Under the pieces are notes generated by a model. That model was not told the origin of the DNA. It did not search any database and was given only the letters and a program-made list of their open reading frames with translations. From Candidatus Aenigmatarchaeota archaeon (GTDB lineage Archaea > Aenigmatarchaeota > Aenigmatarchaeia > CG10238-14), in contig JAWBZR010000001.1 of the NCBI GenBank assembly GCA_044343545.1, positions 33,092 through 97,091 on the forward strand: DNA of 64,000 nt. Reading direction: 5' to 3'. This document shows positions 10,194 through 20,807 of this stretch, in pieces (positions within the stretch are counted from its first letter, which is position 1; each line of letters begins with the position of its first letter). The position numbers were made by a program, and so were the translations under genes.

Positions 10194-11705
10194 ATGAAGA
10201 GGCTTGCTTTTATAAATTATGAAAATTTTCAGCCGAGATTGTATCAAGAAATGATAGCCTTAACAGCGATACAAAGAAATACATTATGCATATTACCTAC
10301 AGGTCTAGGAAAGACTTATATAGCTATACTCGTAGCTGCATGGGTTTTAGAAAATAAACCAAACAGTAAAGTTTTACTACTAGCACCAACAAGACCTCTC
10401 GTTAATCAACACTTTAATACGTTCATCAATCATATGAAATTAGAAAAATCTCTATTTGCTGCCCTAACCGGAAAAATAAAACCAGATGAAAGAAAAATTC
10501 TATATGAAAAATGCAGGGTATTTTTTGCGACACCACAAATAATAAAAAATGATATAGAAAATGGTATTTTAGATTTAAGCAAGTTTTATTTGTTGATAGT
10601 TGACGAATGTCATAGATCTGTTAAAAAGTATGCTTATACTGATGTTGCTGAAAAGTATTTTTCCCAATCATTCGATCCATTAGTTTTGGGTTTAACCGCA
10701 TCTCCTGGAGGAATGCAGGACAAAATTGAAGAAATTAAGAAAAATTTAAGAATAGAAGCTATAGAAGTTAGAACAGAGAAAGATTTCGACGTGAAACCTT
10801 ATGTTAAAAGTGTTGAGATAGAAAAGATTTACATAGAAATGCCAGAAGAGTTCAAACAAATAAGAGCAATGTTAGAAGATTTTTACAAAGAATATTTAAA
10901 TGAATTGGTAAAAAATAATCTACTTCAGTCATTGAATTCAACTAAAAGAGAATTGTTAGATTTACAAAAAAAATTGGGTGAAGCATATAACAATACAAAA
11001 GATAAAAGGTTTGCATACTATCTTGTTTTGACAACTCAAGCAATAAAGATAGAGCATGCATTAAATTTGTTGGAAACCCAAGGCATTTTTCCTTTACATA
11101 AATATCTTATTGAATTGAAGAAAGACAAGTCTCAATCATCCAGAAAAATTGTGAATGATAGAAGATTTTTGGATGTTTTAAGAAAGGTAAATGAGTTTTA
11201 TATAAAGGGTTACGAGCATCCGAAGCTCAACAAACTTGTAGAGATTGTAAAAAATGAAATTGAAAAAAAGAAAAACGTTAAAATCATAGTTTTTGCTAAC
11301 TATAGAGATACTGTTAATTTAATAAAAGTCCATTTGGAAAAAAATGGAATTGAAGCAAGAGAATTTATAGGTCAAGCAAAAAAAAGTGGTAAAGGATTGT
11401 CTCAAAAAGAGCAAGTGAAGATACTAAACGAATTTAGTTATGAGCTTTTTAATGTGTTAATAGCAACAAGCATAGGGGAAGAAGGTATCTCTATTCCAGA
11501 TGTAGATGTAGTTATATTCTACGAAGCTATACCAAGCGAAATAAGAAGTATACAAAGAAGAGGTAGAACAGGGAGGACTTCCACCGGTAAAGTTATATTT
11601 TTGATTACAAAAGGTACAAGAGACGAAGCGTATTTTTGGAGCGCTGTTCACAAAGAAAAAAGGATGAAAAACATTATAAGCGATATAAAATCTAAATTAA
11701 AATAG
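10194..11705 (+). CDS. Hef/FANCM-type SF2 helicase (helicase half only)
   Basis: PRLYQ, PTGLGKT, DECH, TASPG, HPKL, QRRGRTGR motifs. Confidence 0.9.
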   Translation: MKRLAFINYENFQPRLYQEMIALTAIQRNTLCILPTGLGKTYIAILVAAWVLENKPNSKVLLLAPTRPLVNQHFNTFINHMKLEKSLFAALTGKIKPDERKILYEKCRVFFATPQIIKNDIENGILDLSKFYLLIVDECHRSVKKYAYTDVAEKYFSQSFDPLVLGLTASPGGMQDKIEEIKKNLRIEAIEVRTEKDFDVKPYVKSVEIEKIYIEMPEEFKQIRAMLEDFYKEYLNELVKNNLLQSLNSTKRELLDLQKKLGEAYNNTKDKRFAYYLVLTTQAIKIEHALNLLETQGIFPLHKYLIELKKDKSQSSRKIVNDRRFLDVLRKVNEFYIKGYEHPKLNKLVEIVKNEIEKKKNVKIIVFANYRDTVNLIKVHLEKNGIEAREFIGQAKKSGKGLSQKEQVKILNEFSYELFNVLIATSIGEEGISIPDVDVVIFYEAIPSEIRSIQRRGRTGRTSTGKVIFLITKGTRDEAYFWSAVHKEKRMKNIISDIKSKLK

Positions 11706-11712
11706 TGAGTTT

Positions 11713-12372
11713 ATGCAAAGTACATTAAAAACAAACAAAATATTTATCTTAGCGGATGATAGAGAAAGAAATAGTAAAGTTTCGGAGTATCTTAAAGAAT
11801 TTGGAGCCATAGTAAATTTTAAAAGAATTGAGGTGGGGGATTTTTTAATTTCAGAAGATGTTTGCATAGAAAGAAAGGAAGTTAACGATTTCATATCTTC
11901 AATAATTGATGGAAGATTGTTCAGACAAGTAGAGGAAATGAAAAAATGCTATAAAAAAGTTTTGTTAATAATAGAAGGAATAAAAAATAATGAAAGAATA
12001 ACAGAAAATGCATATAAAGGAGCTATAGCAAGTTTAATAATAAATTATGATGTTAGTGTAATCATTGTCGAAAATGAAAAAGAAGTTGCCAGAATGATAT
12101 ATTTCTTAGCAAAAAAAGAACAGGATGAATTTAAAAAAAGTGTTTGCATAAAAAAGAAAAAAAATATAGAAAACATTTCAGAATTGCAACAATTTTTCTT
12201 ATCATCATTGCCCGGAGTTTCTCGAATTATCTCGAAGAGAATGTTGCAGAAGTTCGGTAGAATAAGAGATATAGTTAATGCAAGTGAAAATGAATTAAAG
12301 TCGGTGAAAGGTTTGAAGAAAAAAGACGCTAAAACGATATACCAAATATTTAATGAAAAATTTTGCGAATAA
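11713..12372 (+). CDS. ERCC4/XPF nuclease with (HhH)2 (nuclease half of Hef)
   Basis: DDRE, GDF..S...ERK..DF..S..DGRL..Q motif; LPGV and VKGL HhH motifs. Confidence 0.9.
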   Translation: MQSTLKTNKIFILADDRERNSKVSEYLKEFGAIVNFKRIEVGDFLISEDVCIERKEVNDFISSIIDGRLFRQVEEMKKCYKKVLLIIEGIKNNERITENAYKGAIASLIINYDVSVIIVENEKEVARMIYFLAKKEQDEFKKSVCIKKKKNIENISELQQFFLSSLPGVSRIISKRMLQKFGRIRDIVNASENELKSVKGLKKKDAKTIYQIFNEKFCE

Positions 12373-12427
12373 AATTTCAAGTAAACAATTTATAAAGTTA
12401 AAATTATATTTATTTTTTGTGATATAA

Positions 12428-13399
12428 ATGCAAATTTTTGATCTCATCATTATTGGTGCAGGTCCTGCAGGCATGACTGCAGGTATATTTGCCTCAAGAA
12501 GATCACTAAAAACCGTGATTATAGGCGAGGTTATCGGTGGTCAGGTAGCTTCAACAAGATGGATAGAAAATTATCCTGGATTTAAGCAAATAGAATCTTA
12601 TGAACTAATTAAAAGATTCGAAGATCATGTAAAAAGTCTTAATGTTGACATAATTCAAGAGGTTGTTACGGAAATAAAAGAAATTGATGATGGATTTATC
12701 GTAAAAACAAACTCTCAAGAATATAAGGGCAAAGCTATAATACTTGCTTTTGGTAAAACACCTAGAACTTTGGGTGTGCCTGGGGAAAAAGAATATACAG
12801 GCAAAGGTGTATCTTATTGTGCCAATTGTGATGCTCCTTTATTCAAGGGGAAAACCGTTGCTGTCGTCGGGGGAGGTAATTCTGCATTTGAAGCTGCTCA
12901 CTTACTTTCGCAAATAGCATCAAAGGTTTATTTGATACATAGATCTGAAAATTTTAGAGCATTTGAGACTATTGTTGATGAAGTCAAAAAAAGAGGCGTA
13001 GAATTCTTGTTAAACACAGAAATAAGGGAAATAAAAGGTGATAGATTTGTAAGATCAATAATTGTTGAAAATAACAAAACTGGTAAAAGAGATGAAATGA
13101 AAATAGATGGTGTGTTTATAGAAATAGGATCGGAAGTAAAAACGGATCTTGTTAAGAATTTAGTGAAAATTGATCAAAGCAATCACGTCGTTGTAAATCA
13201 AAGATGTGAAACATTTTACCCGAATTCTGACAAAATTAGACCAGGTATATTTGCTGCTGGTGATTTGACGAACGTTCCATTCAAACAAATAATAGTGGCT
13301 GCAGGTGAAGGTTGCAAGGCTGCTCTGCAAGCTTATAATTACATTCATAATATAGAAACGGGTGATGTTGTTGGTGAATGGTCTGCAGGAAAAAAATGA
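12428..13399 (+). CDS. trxB: Thioredoxin reductase
   Basis: GAGPAG, GVSYCANCD (CxxC), GGGNSA, AAGD. Confidence 0.9.
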   Translation: MQIFDLIIIGAGPAGMTAGIFASRRSLKTVIIGEVIGGQVASTRWIENYPGFKQIESYELIKRFEDHVKSLNVDIIQEVVTEIKEIDDGFIVKTNSQEYKGKAIILAFGKTPRTLGVPGEKEYTGKGVSYCANCDAPLFKGKTVAVVGGGNSAFEAAHLLSQIASKVYLIHRSENFRAFETIVDEVKKRGVEFLLNTEIREIKGDRFVRSIIVENNKTGKRDEMKIDGVFIEIGSEVKTDLVKNLVKIDQSNHVVVNQRCETFYPNSDKIRPGIFAAGDLTNVPFKQIIVAAGEGCKAALQAYNYIHNIETGDVVGEWSAGKK

Positions 13400-13410
13400 G
13401 GTGATGAAAA

Positions 13411-14499
13411 GTGTTTGACCAATTTGGCCCAGAAAAAATAATGCAAACTTATGATCCAAAAAGTGGTATGAGAGGTATATTAGTTATCGACAATACTGCT
13501 CTAGGTCCTGGCAAAGGTGGAATAAGAATGACTCCTACTGTTTCTGTTGAAGAAGTTTTTAGATTAGCAAGAACTATGACTTGGAAAAATGCCCTGGCAG
13601 AATTACCTTTTGGAGGAGCTAAAGGTGGAATAATAGCTGATCCTAAAAATATGAGCGAAGATAAGAAGAAAGAAATAATACAAGCTTATGCTCGTTCACT
13701 AAAAGAAGTTTGTCCTAGCATTTATGTTGCTGGACCTGACGTAAATACAAATGAACAATCGATGAAATGGTTTGCAGAAGCTATTGGAGACAAAAGAGCT
13801 TGTACTGGTAAACCAAAAGAAATGGGTGGCTTGCCGCACGAGCTTGGCTCTACTGGTTTTGGAGTTGCACACGCAACAAAAGTCGCTTTGAAAAAAGTTG
13901 ATATTAGTTTGAGTGAAGCAAGCATTGCAATAGAAGGTTATGGAAATGTTGGAACTTTTGCTCACAAGTTTTTAAGTGAATGGGGAGCTAAAATAGTTGC
14001 CGTTAGTGATAGCAAAGGTGTTATATATGATGAAAAAGGATTGAACTATGAAGAGTTAATGAAAGTAAAACAAGAAACTGGCTCTGTTATTAATTATAAA
14101 AATGGAAAGGTGTTGCCAAATAAAGAAATATTTGAATTGAAAGTAGATGTTTTAATTCCTGCTGCATTACCAGACGTAATAAATGAAAGTAATTACAAAA
14201 ATGTTAAAGCCAAAGTTATAGTTGAAGCTGGAAATATAGTAATGAGCGAAGAGATTGAAGGTAAATTGCATGACAAAGGTGTATTGGTAGTACCTGATTT
14301 TGCAGCTAATGCAGGTGGTGTTATTTCTTCTTGGGTAGAATATATAGGTAAAGACGAAAAATATATGTTTAAAGTTGTCGAAGAAAAGATTACTAAAAAT
14401 GTTGGATTAGTTTTGGAAAAATCAGAAAAAGAAGGAATAAAACCAAGAGATGCTGCTTTGGAAATAGCCAAAGAAAGAGTTTTAAAGGCGATGAAATAA
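13411..14499 (+). CDS. Glu/Leu/Phe/Val dehydrogenase (glutamate dehydrogenase-like, short N-terminus)
   Basis: GPGKGGIR, MTWKNA, GGAKGG, GPDVNT, GYGNVG, PDFAANAGGV; GAGGTGA RBS before the GTG start. Confidence 0.9.
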   Translation: MFDQFGPEKIMQTYDPKSGMRGILVIDNTALGPGKGGIRMTPTVSVEEVFRLARTMTWKNALAELPFGGAKGGIIADPKNMSEDKKKEIIQAYARSLKEVCPSIYVAGPDVNTNEQSMKWFAEAIGDKRACTGKPKEMGGLPHELGSTGFGVAHATKVALKKVDISLSEASIAIEGYGNVGTFAHKFLSEWGAKIVAVSDSKGVIYDEKGLNYEELMKVKQETGSVINYKNGKVLPNKEIFELKVDVLIPAALPDVINESNYKNVKAKVIVEAGNIVMSEEIEGKLHDKGVLVVPDFAANAGGVISSWVEYIGKDEKYMFKVVEEKITKNVGLVLEKSEKEGIKPRDAALEIAKERVLKAMK

Positions 14500-14538
14500 A
14501 AAACACAGTTTTAAAATTTTCTCTTTTAATATTATTTC

Positions 14539-15051
14539 ATGAAAAACAGAATTGTTGGTTTGATAATAATAAGTATAGCTCTACTTATAGGATTTATAAT
14601 TTATGCTTTTAATAGAGCTCTAACAGAAATTGTTAATACTAGCTGCTCACATGGGCCAGAATGTCCAATGTGGGGAAGCATTAATTTTCATACAAACATA
14701 AGTATAGGTATAATGATTTTTGTCTTGCTTATAGGTTTATATCTATTCTTTTTTGGGCAAGATGAAAAAATTGTAAAAGAAGTAAGAGTTATAAGAAAAC
14801 CTGATAAAAAAGAATCTAAAAATATTCCTGAAACATCTTTCGTTCAACAAAAAAATCTTACATATGAAGAAAAATTTGTAATAGAGAAAATAATTGAAGC
14901 AGAAGGAAGTATTTTACAATCTGAGCTTGTAGAAAAAACAAACTATTCAAAAGTAAAGATAACAAGAATTTTAGATAAATTAGAAGCAAAGGGTTTGATA
15001 GAAAGAAAGAGAAGGGGTATGACTAATCTAGTAGTTTTGAAAAAACAGTGA
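14539..15051 (+). CDS. Membrane-anchored winged-helix regulator (2 TM + MarR-like HTH)
   Basis: Two TM helices flanking CSHGPECPM; C-terminal QSELVEKT.YSKVKITRILDKLEAKGLIERKRRG. Confidence 0.75.
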   Translation: MKNRIVGLIIISIALLIGFIIYAFNRALTEIVNTSCSHGPECPMWGSINFHTNISIGIMIFVLLIGLYLFFFGQDEKIVKEVRVIRKPDKKESKNIPETSFVQQKNLTYEEKFVIEKIIEAEGSILQSELVEKTNYSKVKITRILDKLEAKGLIERKRRGMTNLVVLKKQ

Positions 15052-15062
15052 AACTAGTTTCA
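15049..15062. promoter_or_regulatory. Perfect 14-bp palindrome TGAAACTAGTTTCA, candidate operator of the copper genes
   Basis: Self-complementary; lies just upstream of a TTTATAA TATA-like box (15071) and the HMA gene start at 15101. Confidence 0.45.
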
Positions 15063-15100
15063 TACAATGGTTTATAAGGTGTTTCTCTGTATAGTTTTTC

Positions 15101-16006
15101 ATGACAAACAAAAAAGATGTAAAAAAAGATATTGAAATAAAAGGAATGCATTGCAGCAGTTGTGTAAAAAATATTGAAAATACACTAATGAACTTAAAGG
15201 GCGTTAAGAAAGTAAAGGTAAGTTTAGAAGATGAAAAAGCTTCAGTAATTTTTGATTCAAGTAAAATTAGTGAAGATGATATAAAAAAAGCTATAAATAA
15301 ATTGGGTTATAAGACAGATTTGGCATCAAACTCTAATATAAAACAAGGTATTTTATATGGTTTAATACCACATATAGGTTGTATTGCATTTGTTTTGGCA
15401 TCTATTCTAGGTGCTACATTTTTCACACAATTTTTCAAACCACTTTTAATGAGTAGATATTTCTTCTATATTTTAATATTAATATCAGTAATATTTGCAA
15501 CAATATCTTCATATTTTTATTTGAAAAAAAATAATTTGATTTCACAAAAAGGAATAAAGAGGAGTTGGAAGTATTTAGCTACTATGTATGGAACAACAAT
15601 CTCAATTAATCTTTTGTTTTTCCTGTTTATATTCCCTATATTGACAAATGTTTCAGCACAGAATAATAAGAATAATAATATTGCATATACAACTGGAAGC
15701 AACATAAAAATATCTGTAGATATACCTTGCTCAGGGCATGCTCCATTAATAGTTGACGAACTGAAGAAATTAAACGGAGTAAATAATGTAAAATTCGATT
15801 TTCCAAATATTTTTGTTATATATTATGATAATACAAAAACAACAAAACAAGATATATTGTCTCTAGACGTTTTCAAAGAATATCCTGCTACTGTAATTAG
15901 CGAAAATGATGTTTCAGCTTCAACCGTTTATTCTTCTAATGCATTATCTGTTGGTTCTGGTTCATGTGATTTAAATGGGGGTTGTGGATGTGGTTTAAAA
16001 AGGTGA
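15101..16006 (+). CDS. Heavy-metal-associated (HMA) domain membrane protein
   Basis: N-terminal GMHCSSC HMA; TM region with PHIGC; second HMA-like domain (IPCSGH); Cys-rich tail CDLNGGCGCG. Confidence 0.8.
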   Translation: MTNKKDVKKDIEIKGMHCSSCVKNIENTLMNLKGVKKVKVSLEDEKASVIFDSSKISEDDIKKAINKLGYKTDLASNSNIKQGILYGLIPHIGCIAFVLASILGATFFTQFFKPLLMSRYFFYILILISVIFATISSYFYLKKNNLISQKGIKRSWKYLATMYGTTISINLLFFLFIFPILTNVSAQNNKNNNIAYTTGSNIKISVDIPCSGHAPLIVDELKKLNGVNNVKFDFPNIFVIYYDNTKTTKQDILSLDVFKEYPATVISENDVSASTVYSSNALSVGSGSCDLNGGCGCGLKR

Positions 16007-16011
16007 AATAA

Positions 16012-16322
16012 ATGAAGGAAAAAACAGATAAAAACAAAATTATTAACTTGATTCTTCGAATAACACTAATCATAACTTTGTTTAATACATTTATGGTTTT
16101 TAATTTAAGCAAAAACAGAATAGATTTCAATGATATAAAAGAAATTTTGTCAAAAACCTATGGTTAAATAATAAAAATAATGAAGTGAAGTTAATGATTC
16201 TTCGAAAGATTCAAAATATGATTTTAGATGGAAATAGAATATTAGAAAATTTAGCAGAAAAGAGCTTTTTATTCATAAAAAGAAACGTTACTTCTATTTG
16301 TGGCATAGAAGGTGGTTGTTGA
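16012..16322 (+). pseudogene. Broken small membrane-anchored protein gene
   Basis: GGTGA RBS, then a 51-aa ORF with one TM (16012-16167); another frame continues to ...SICGIEGGC* whose TGA overlaps the copA ATG. Confidence 0.4.
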
Positions 16323-18469
16323 TGAAGAAAAAAACAATATTAATAGCTGGGATGCATTGTGCTTCATGTGCTCAGAATATAGAAAATAATATAAAGAAAT
16401 TAAAAGGTGTTAAAAAGGTTAATGTTAGTTTTGCTAATGAAAAAGCTTATGTTGAATATGATGAGAATTTGAGAGATGAAGAAATATTCAATGCTATTAC
16501 GGATTTAGGATATAAAGTTGTTTCAACAAATGATGATTACAAAACCAGAGAGATAAAAAGTTTGAAAAGATTATTCCTATTTTCATTTCTTTTGTCATTT
16601 CCAATATTTTTGTTTTCAATGCCATTTGAATGGTTAGGAATAGATATTCCAAACAAAGGCTTTATTTTGTTTTTGTTAGCAACTCCTGTTCAATTTATTG
16701 TTGGATATAGATTCTATAAAAGTGCTTTTCTTGCTTTAAAGGCTAAAACTGCTAATATGGATACATTAATAGCGTTGGGTACTTCTGCTGCATATTTTTA
16801 TAGTGTTTTTGTTTTGTTCTTTGGAAAAGGAGATCATCTATATTTTGAAACATCTTCTTTACTTGTAACATTTGTAATTCTCGGGAAAATGCTTGAATCT
16901 ATGGCTAAAGGAAAGGCATCTGATGCAATAAAAAAATTGATGTTGCTTCAACCAAAAAAAGCAATTGTTTTAAGGGATGGAAAAGAAATTGAAATAGATG
17001 TTGATCAAGTCAATTTAAATGATATTATTATTGTTAGACCTGGACAAAAAATACCTGTTGATGGTATTGTTTTAGATGGAAATTCAGCTGTCGATGAATC
17101 TATTCTTACAGGCGAGTCAATGCCAGTTGATAAGAAAAGAGGTGATAAAGTTATAGGTGGCACTATGAACAAATATGGAACACTAAAAATAAAAGCAGAA
17201 AAATTTGGAAAAGAAACCTTTCTAAGTCAAATAATAAAATTAGTAGAAGACGTGCAAAACAGCAAAGCACCTATACAAAAAATAGCCGATAAAATTAGCT
17301 CTATTTTTGTTCCTATTGTTTTATCTATAGCAATTATTGCATTTTCTTTATGGTTTTTTGTGTTTAAAATGGGATTTGATTTTTCAATAATGATATTCGT
17401 CTCTGTTTTGATCATTGCTTGTCCTTGTGCATTAGGTTTGGCTACACCAACAGCAATAATTGTTGGATCTGGTAAAGCTGCTGAAAATGGAATAATTTTC
17501 AAAAACTCAGAGGCTCTTGAAAATCTAAATAGAATTGATGTTTTTGTTTTTGATAAAACTGGTACTTTGACTAAAGGAAAAATAGTTGTAACAGATATAG
17601 TTGGTAAAGATGTTTTAAAATATGCTGCTATTGTTGAAAGCAAATCAGAGCATCCTATAGCTCAAGCTATTGTTGAAAAAGCAAAAGAAATGAAAATAAA
17701 AATTGAAGAAGCAGAAAAAATTGAAGTAAAACCTGGCAAAGGTATAATTGGTTTATGGAAAAAAAAGAAGATAATTGTAGGTAATATCAAATTAATCGAA
17801 GAAAACAAGGTAAATATAGGAAAATTTTCTGAAAAGATAGAGCAATTAGAAAATCAAGGAAAAACTACTATGATTGTTGCAATTGATAGAAAAGTTGTTG
17901 GGTTAATAGCTGTTGCTGATAGTATTAAAGAAAATGCTAAAGAAGTAGTTGCTGAATTAAAAAGAATGAATAAAAAAGTTGTTATGATAACTGGAGATAA
18001 TAAAAAAGTTGCTGAAAATATAGCTAGAGAAATAGGTATAGAAGAATATATAGCTGAAGTTCTGCCGCAAGAAAAAGAAGAGCATGTAGCAAAACTTCAA
18101 AAAAAATATAAAGTTGCTTTTGTTGGTGATGGTATAAACGATGCACCTGCTCTTGCAAGGGCTGATGTAGGTATTGCTATTGGTGCTGGAACAGATATTG
18201 CTTTAGAAGCTGGTGAAGTTGTTTTAGTTAAAAATGATTTGAATGATGTTTTAAAAGCTATAAAGATAAGCAAGTATACTGTTAAAAAAATAAAACAAAA
18301 TTTATTTTGGGCTTTCTTTTATAATTCTTTGGGTATACCAATAGCTGCTGGAGCAATATATCCATTTACAGGTTTTCTACTCAATCCAATAATAGCTGGT
18401 ATTGCTATGGCTTTAAGCTCTGTTTCAGTTGTTAGTAATTCTTTACTTATGAAAAGATACAAAGTTTAA
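16322..18469 (+). CDS. copA: Cu(I)-exporting P1B-type ATPase
   Basis: [32 protein letters not shown] and MALSS motifs. Confidence 0.95.
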   Translation: MKKKTILIAGMHCASCAQNIENNIKKLKGVKKVNVSFANEKAYVEYDENLRDEEIFNAITDLGYKVVSTNDDYKTREIKSLKRLFLFSFLLSFPIFLFSMPFEWLGIDIPNKGFILFLLATPVQFIVGYRFYKSAFLALKAKTANMDTLIALGTSAAYFYSVFVLFFGKGDHLYFETSSLLVTFVILGKMLESMAKGKASDAIKKLMLLQPKKAIVLRDGKEIEIDVDQVNLNDIIIVRPGQKIPVDGIVLDGNSAVDESILTGESMPVDKKRGDKVIGGTMNKYGTLKIKAEKFGKETFLSQIIKLVEDVQNSKAPIQKIADKISSIFVPIVLSIAIIAFSLWFFVFKMGFDFSIMIFVSVLIIACPCALGLATPTAIIVGSGKAAENGIIFKNSEALENLNRIDVFVFDKTGTLTKGKIVVTDIVGKDVLKYAAIVESKSEHPIAQAIVEKAKEMKIKIEEAEKIEVKPGKGIIGLWKKKKIIVGNIKLIEENKVNIGKFSEKIEQLENQGKTTMIVAIDRKVVGLIAVADSIKENAKEVVAELKRMNKKVVMITGDNKKVAENIAREIGIEEYIAEVLPQEKEEHVAKLQKKYKVAFVGDGINDAPALARADVGIAIGAGTDIALEAGEVVLVKNDLNDVLKAIKISKYTVKKIKQNLFWAFFYNSLGIPIAAGAIYPFTGFLLNPIIAGIAMALSSVSVVSNSLLMKRYKV

Positions 18470-18853
18470 TTTTTTAAAAATATTTTTAATTTGTTTTTCG
18501 TCACAATAATAAAAATGAGAAATGCATTTACAATCACTTGAACCAAATTTTTTTATTGGCTTGAATTTTTTTGATAATATTTTAGCCAAAAAACATTCAA
18601 TTTTTCTATTTTCAAAAACTAAAACATCGACTATTTTTGCATACTTGTTATTTAAAAAATAATCTATATGCCACTTTAACTTTTTATTTTTTCTTAAATG
18701 TCTACTAATTCTATTTTCTATATTAATTGGTTTTCCAAAAGCTGAGCCGATATAACAATAATAACCTTTTCTGAAATTTATCTCACCCAAACTACCTATT
18801 TTAATCTTTTGATCTTTCTTTAATTCAATTAAAAGTATGTAAGTTCCGAACAT
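18443..18853 (-). CDS. DUF123 / GIY-YIG (Uri superfamily) endonuclease
   Basis: GTY...[23 protein letters not shown]. Confidence 0.85.
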   Translation of the reverse strand: MFGTYILLIELKKDQKIKIGSLGEINFRKGYYCYIGSAFGKPINIENRISRHLRKNKKLKWHIDYFLNNKYAKIVDVLVFENRKIECFLAKILSKKFKPIKKFGSSDCKCISHFYYCDEKQIKNIFKKLNFVSFHK

Positions 18854-18892
18854 TTATTAAATCTTTTAAATACAAATAATATAATTTTTTAC

Positions 18893-19582
18893 GTGAAAGT
18901 TGCCATAGTTTCTCAAAATAATTTTAGTTTAATAAAAAAGATCGAATCAGCTGGCATAAAAATAGTTAAAGAAAATCCTGATATAGTTATATCAATAGGT
19001 GGAGATGGAACTATATTGCTTAGCGAAAGATTATATCCTTCTATACCAAAATTGGCAATAAAGACAAGCAGTACATGTAGAAAATGTCAATACACGCCAT
19101 CTCAGATTAAAAATGTTTTAGAGTTGATAAAAAAAGGTAAATATAAAATTGAGGAAGAAAACAAAATTGAGGTAAGATTCAAAAATTACAAACTATTAGC
19201 ATTAAATGAAATACAATTGCATAATAAAAAACCTACTGTGGCTATTAGATTTTCTGTTGAAGCCGATGGTTTTAGGCAAGAAAATGTAATCGGTGACGGT
19301 TTAATAGTGTCAACACCTTTTGGTTCAACCGGATATTACATGTCCATAACGGGGAAAAAATTCAAAAAAGGTTTAGGTTTGGCTTTTAACAATCCTCATA
19401 ACATAAAAATCAAAGGTATAGTTCTCGATGAAAATGCAAAAATAAAAGTGAAACTATTAAGAGAGGAAGCTTGGTTGATAAGAGATAACGATGATAATTT
19501 TTTGAATTTGGAAAAAGGCGATAAATTTAAAGTTGTAAAGTCAAAAGAAAAAGCTAGATTTATCAAAATTAAATTTTATTGA
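18893..19582 (+). CDS. nadK: NAD(+) kinase
   Basis: GGDGT, ALNE, GDG...STPFGSTGY. Confidence 0.85.
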   Translation: MKVAIVSQNNFSLIKKIESAGIKIVKENPDIVISIGGDGTILLSERLYPSIPKLAIKTSSTCRKCQYTPSQIKNVLELIKKGKYKIEEENKIEVRFKNYKLLALNEIQLHNKKPTVAIRFSVEADGFRQENVIGDGLIVSTPFGSTGYYMSITGKKFKKGLGLAFNNPHNIKIKGIVLDENAKIKVKLLREEAWLIRDNDDNFLNLEKGDKFKVVKSKEKARFIKIKFY

Positions 19583-19594
19583 TAATTTATTTTA

Positions 19595-20797
19595 TCAAGT
19601 CTTTAAAATTTCTACACCCGGCATTTTTTTACCGGACAAGTAATTTATCAACGCTCCACCAGCTAAACTTATATAAGAATACTTGCTTTTATCTATTCCC
19701 AAAACATTCATTGCAACAGATGTATCTCCACCACCCACAAGTGTAAAGGCCTTTGAATTTGCAACAGCTTCCAAAATTTCTTTTGTTCCCTTTTCAAAAC
19801 CTTTTTCTTCATACACTCCTGCCGTGCCTTTAACAACAATTGTTTTTGCTGTTTTTATTCTTTCTTTGAATAGTTCTATTGTTTGACTACCTATATCTAA
19901 AATCATTTCATCTACAGGTAAATCAACTATATCGACTTCCTTTCTTTTACCATCTTTATTAATTGCAACATCTATTGGGATAAATATTTTCTCATTATAT
20001 TTTTTGAAAGTTGTCTCTAAACCTTCTGCCAACTCGTAGAATTTTTTATTTTTCAAAAACTGCTCTGTTTTTTCGCCTAATTCAAAACCTTGTGCTATTA
20101 AAAATAATTCACCCAAAACACCACAAGCCAAAACCTCATCTATTATTCCATTTTCAAGACCATAATTCATTATTTTTATGCAATCATCTGGTTTAGCTCC
20201 GCCTAAAATGTAGATGTTTGGTTTTTCCGGATTCAAAGCTCTCTCGAGAGATTTTAATTCTTTTTCCATTAATCTACCAGCTATCTTAGGTAAATCTGTA
20301 AAGCCTACTATAGAGGCGTGTGAACGGTGAGATGCCGAAAATGCGTCATTGACAAAAACATCAGCTAAAGGCATTAACGTCTTTACCAAAGTGCTATTTT
20401 TATGATCTTCAGGTGCTTTCTCAACATCTTCGTCCTCTAAAAATCTCACATTTTCAAGTAGAAGAGCTTGCCCGGGCTTCAAGGACTTTATAGAGTTTAT
20501 AGCTTTTTCGTCTACAATGCTATTGACAAATTTTATTGGATATTTCACATATTTCTTAAGCAATTTTGCATGTTGCCTCAATGAAATAAAATCCGAATCT
20601 CCCTTTCTTCCTTGATGTGCCAAAATAACAACTTTTGATTTTTTTTCACATAGCTCATTTATAGTTTTTGCTGCCTCTATCAATCTTTCAGAAACTTCTA
20701 TTTTTCCAGTAGCCTCGTCATAAGGTAAATTTATATCAACTCTCAAAATCACGGTTTTATTTGAAAAGTCGAAATCGTCAAGAGTTTTAAATTTCAT
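19595..20797 (-). CDS. pgk: Phosphoglycerate kinase
   Basis: RVDINLP, HQGR, LLENVRF, NDAF..SHR, GGAK, GGGD, AGGA. Confidence 0.95.
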   Translation of the reverse strand: MKFKTLDDFDFSNKTVILRVDINLPYDEATGKIEVSERLIEAAKTINELCEKKSKVVILAHQGRKGDSDFISLRQHAKLLKKYVKYPIKFVNSIVDEKAINSIKSLKPGQALLLENVRFLEDEDVEKAPEDHKNSTLVKTLMPLADVFVNDAFSASHRSHASIVGFTDLPKIAGRLMEKELKSLERALNPEKPNIYILGGAKPDDCIKIMNYGLENGIIDEVLACGVLGELFLIAQGFELGEKTEQFLKNKKFYELAEGLETTFKKYNEKIFIPIDVAINKDGKRKEVDIVDLPVDEMILDIGSQTIELFKERIKTAKTIVVKGTAGVYEEKGFEKGTKEILEAVANSKAFTLVGGGDTSVAMNVLGIDKSKYSYISLAGGALINYLSGKKMPGVEILKT

Positions 20798-20807
20798 TAT
20801 AAAACCT

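Noticed and set aside
18443..18853. GIY-YIG gene as a homing endonuclease or mobile element
   Set aside because: Matches the widespread stand-alone DUF123 family; not inside an intron and no flanking repeats
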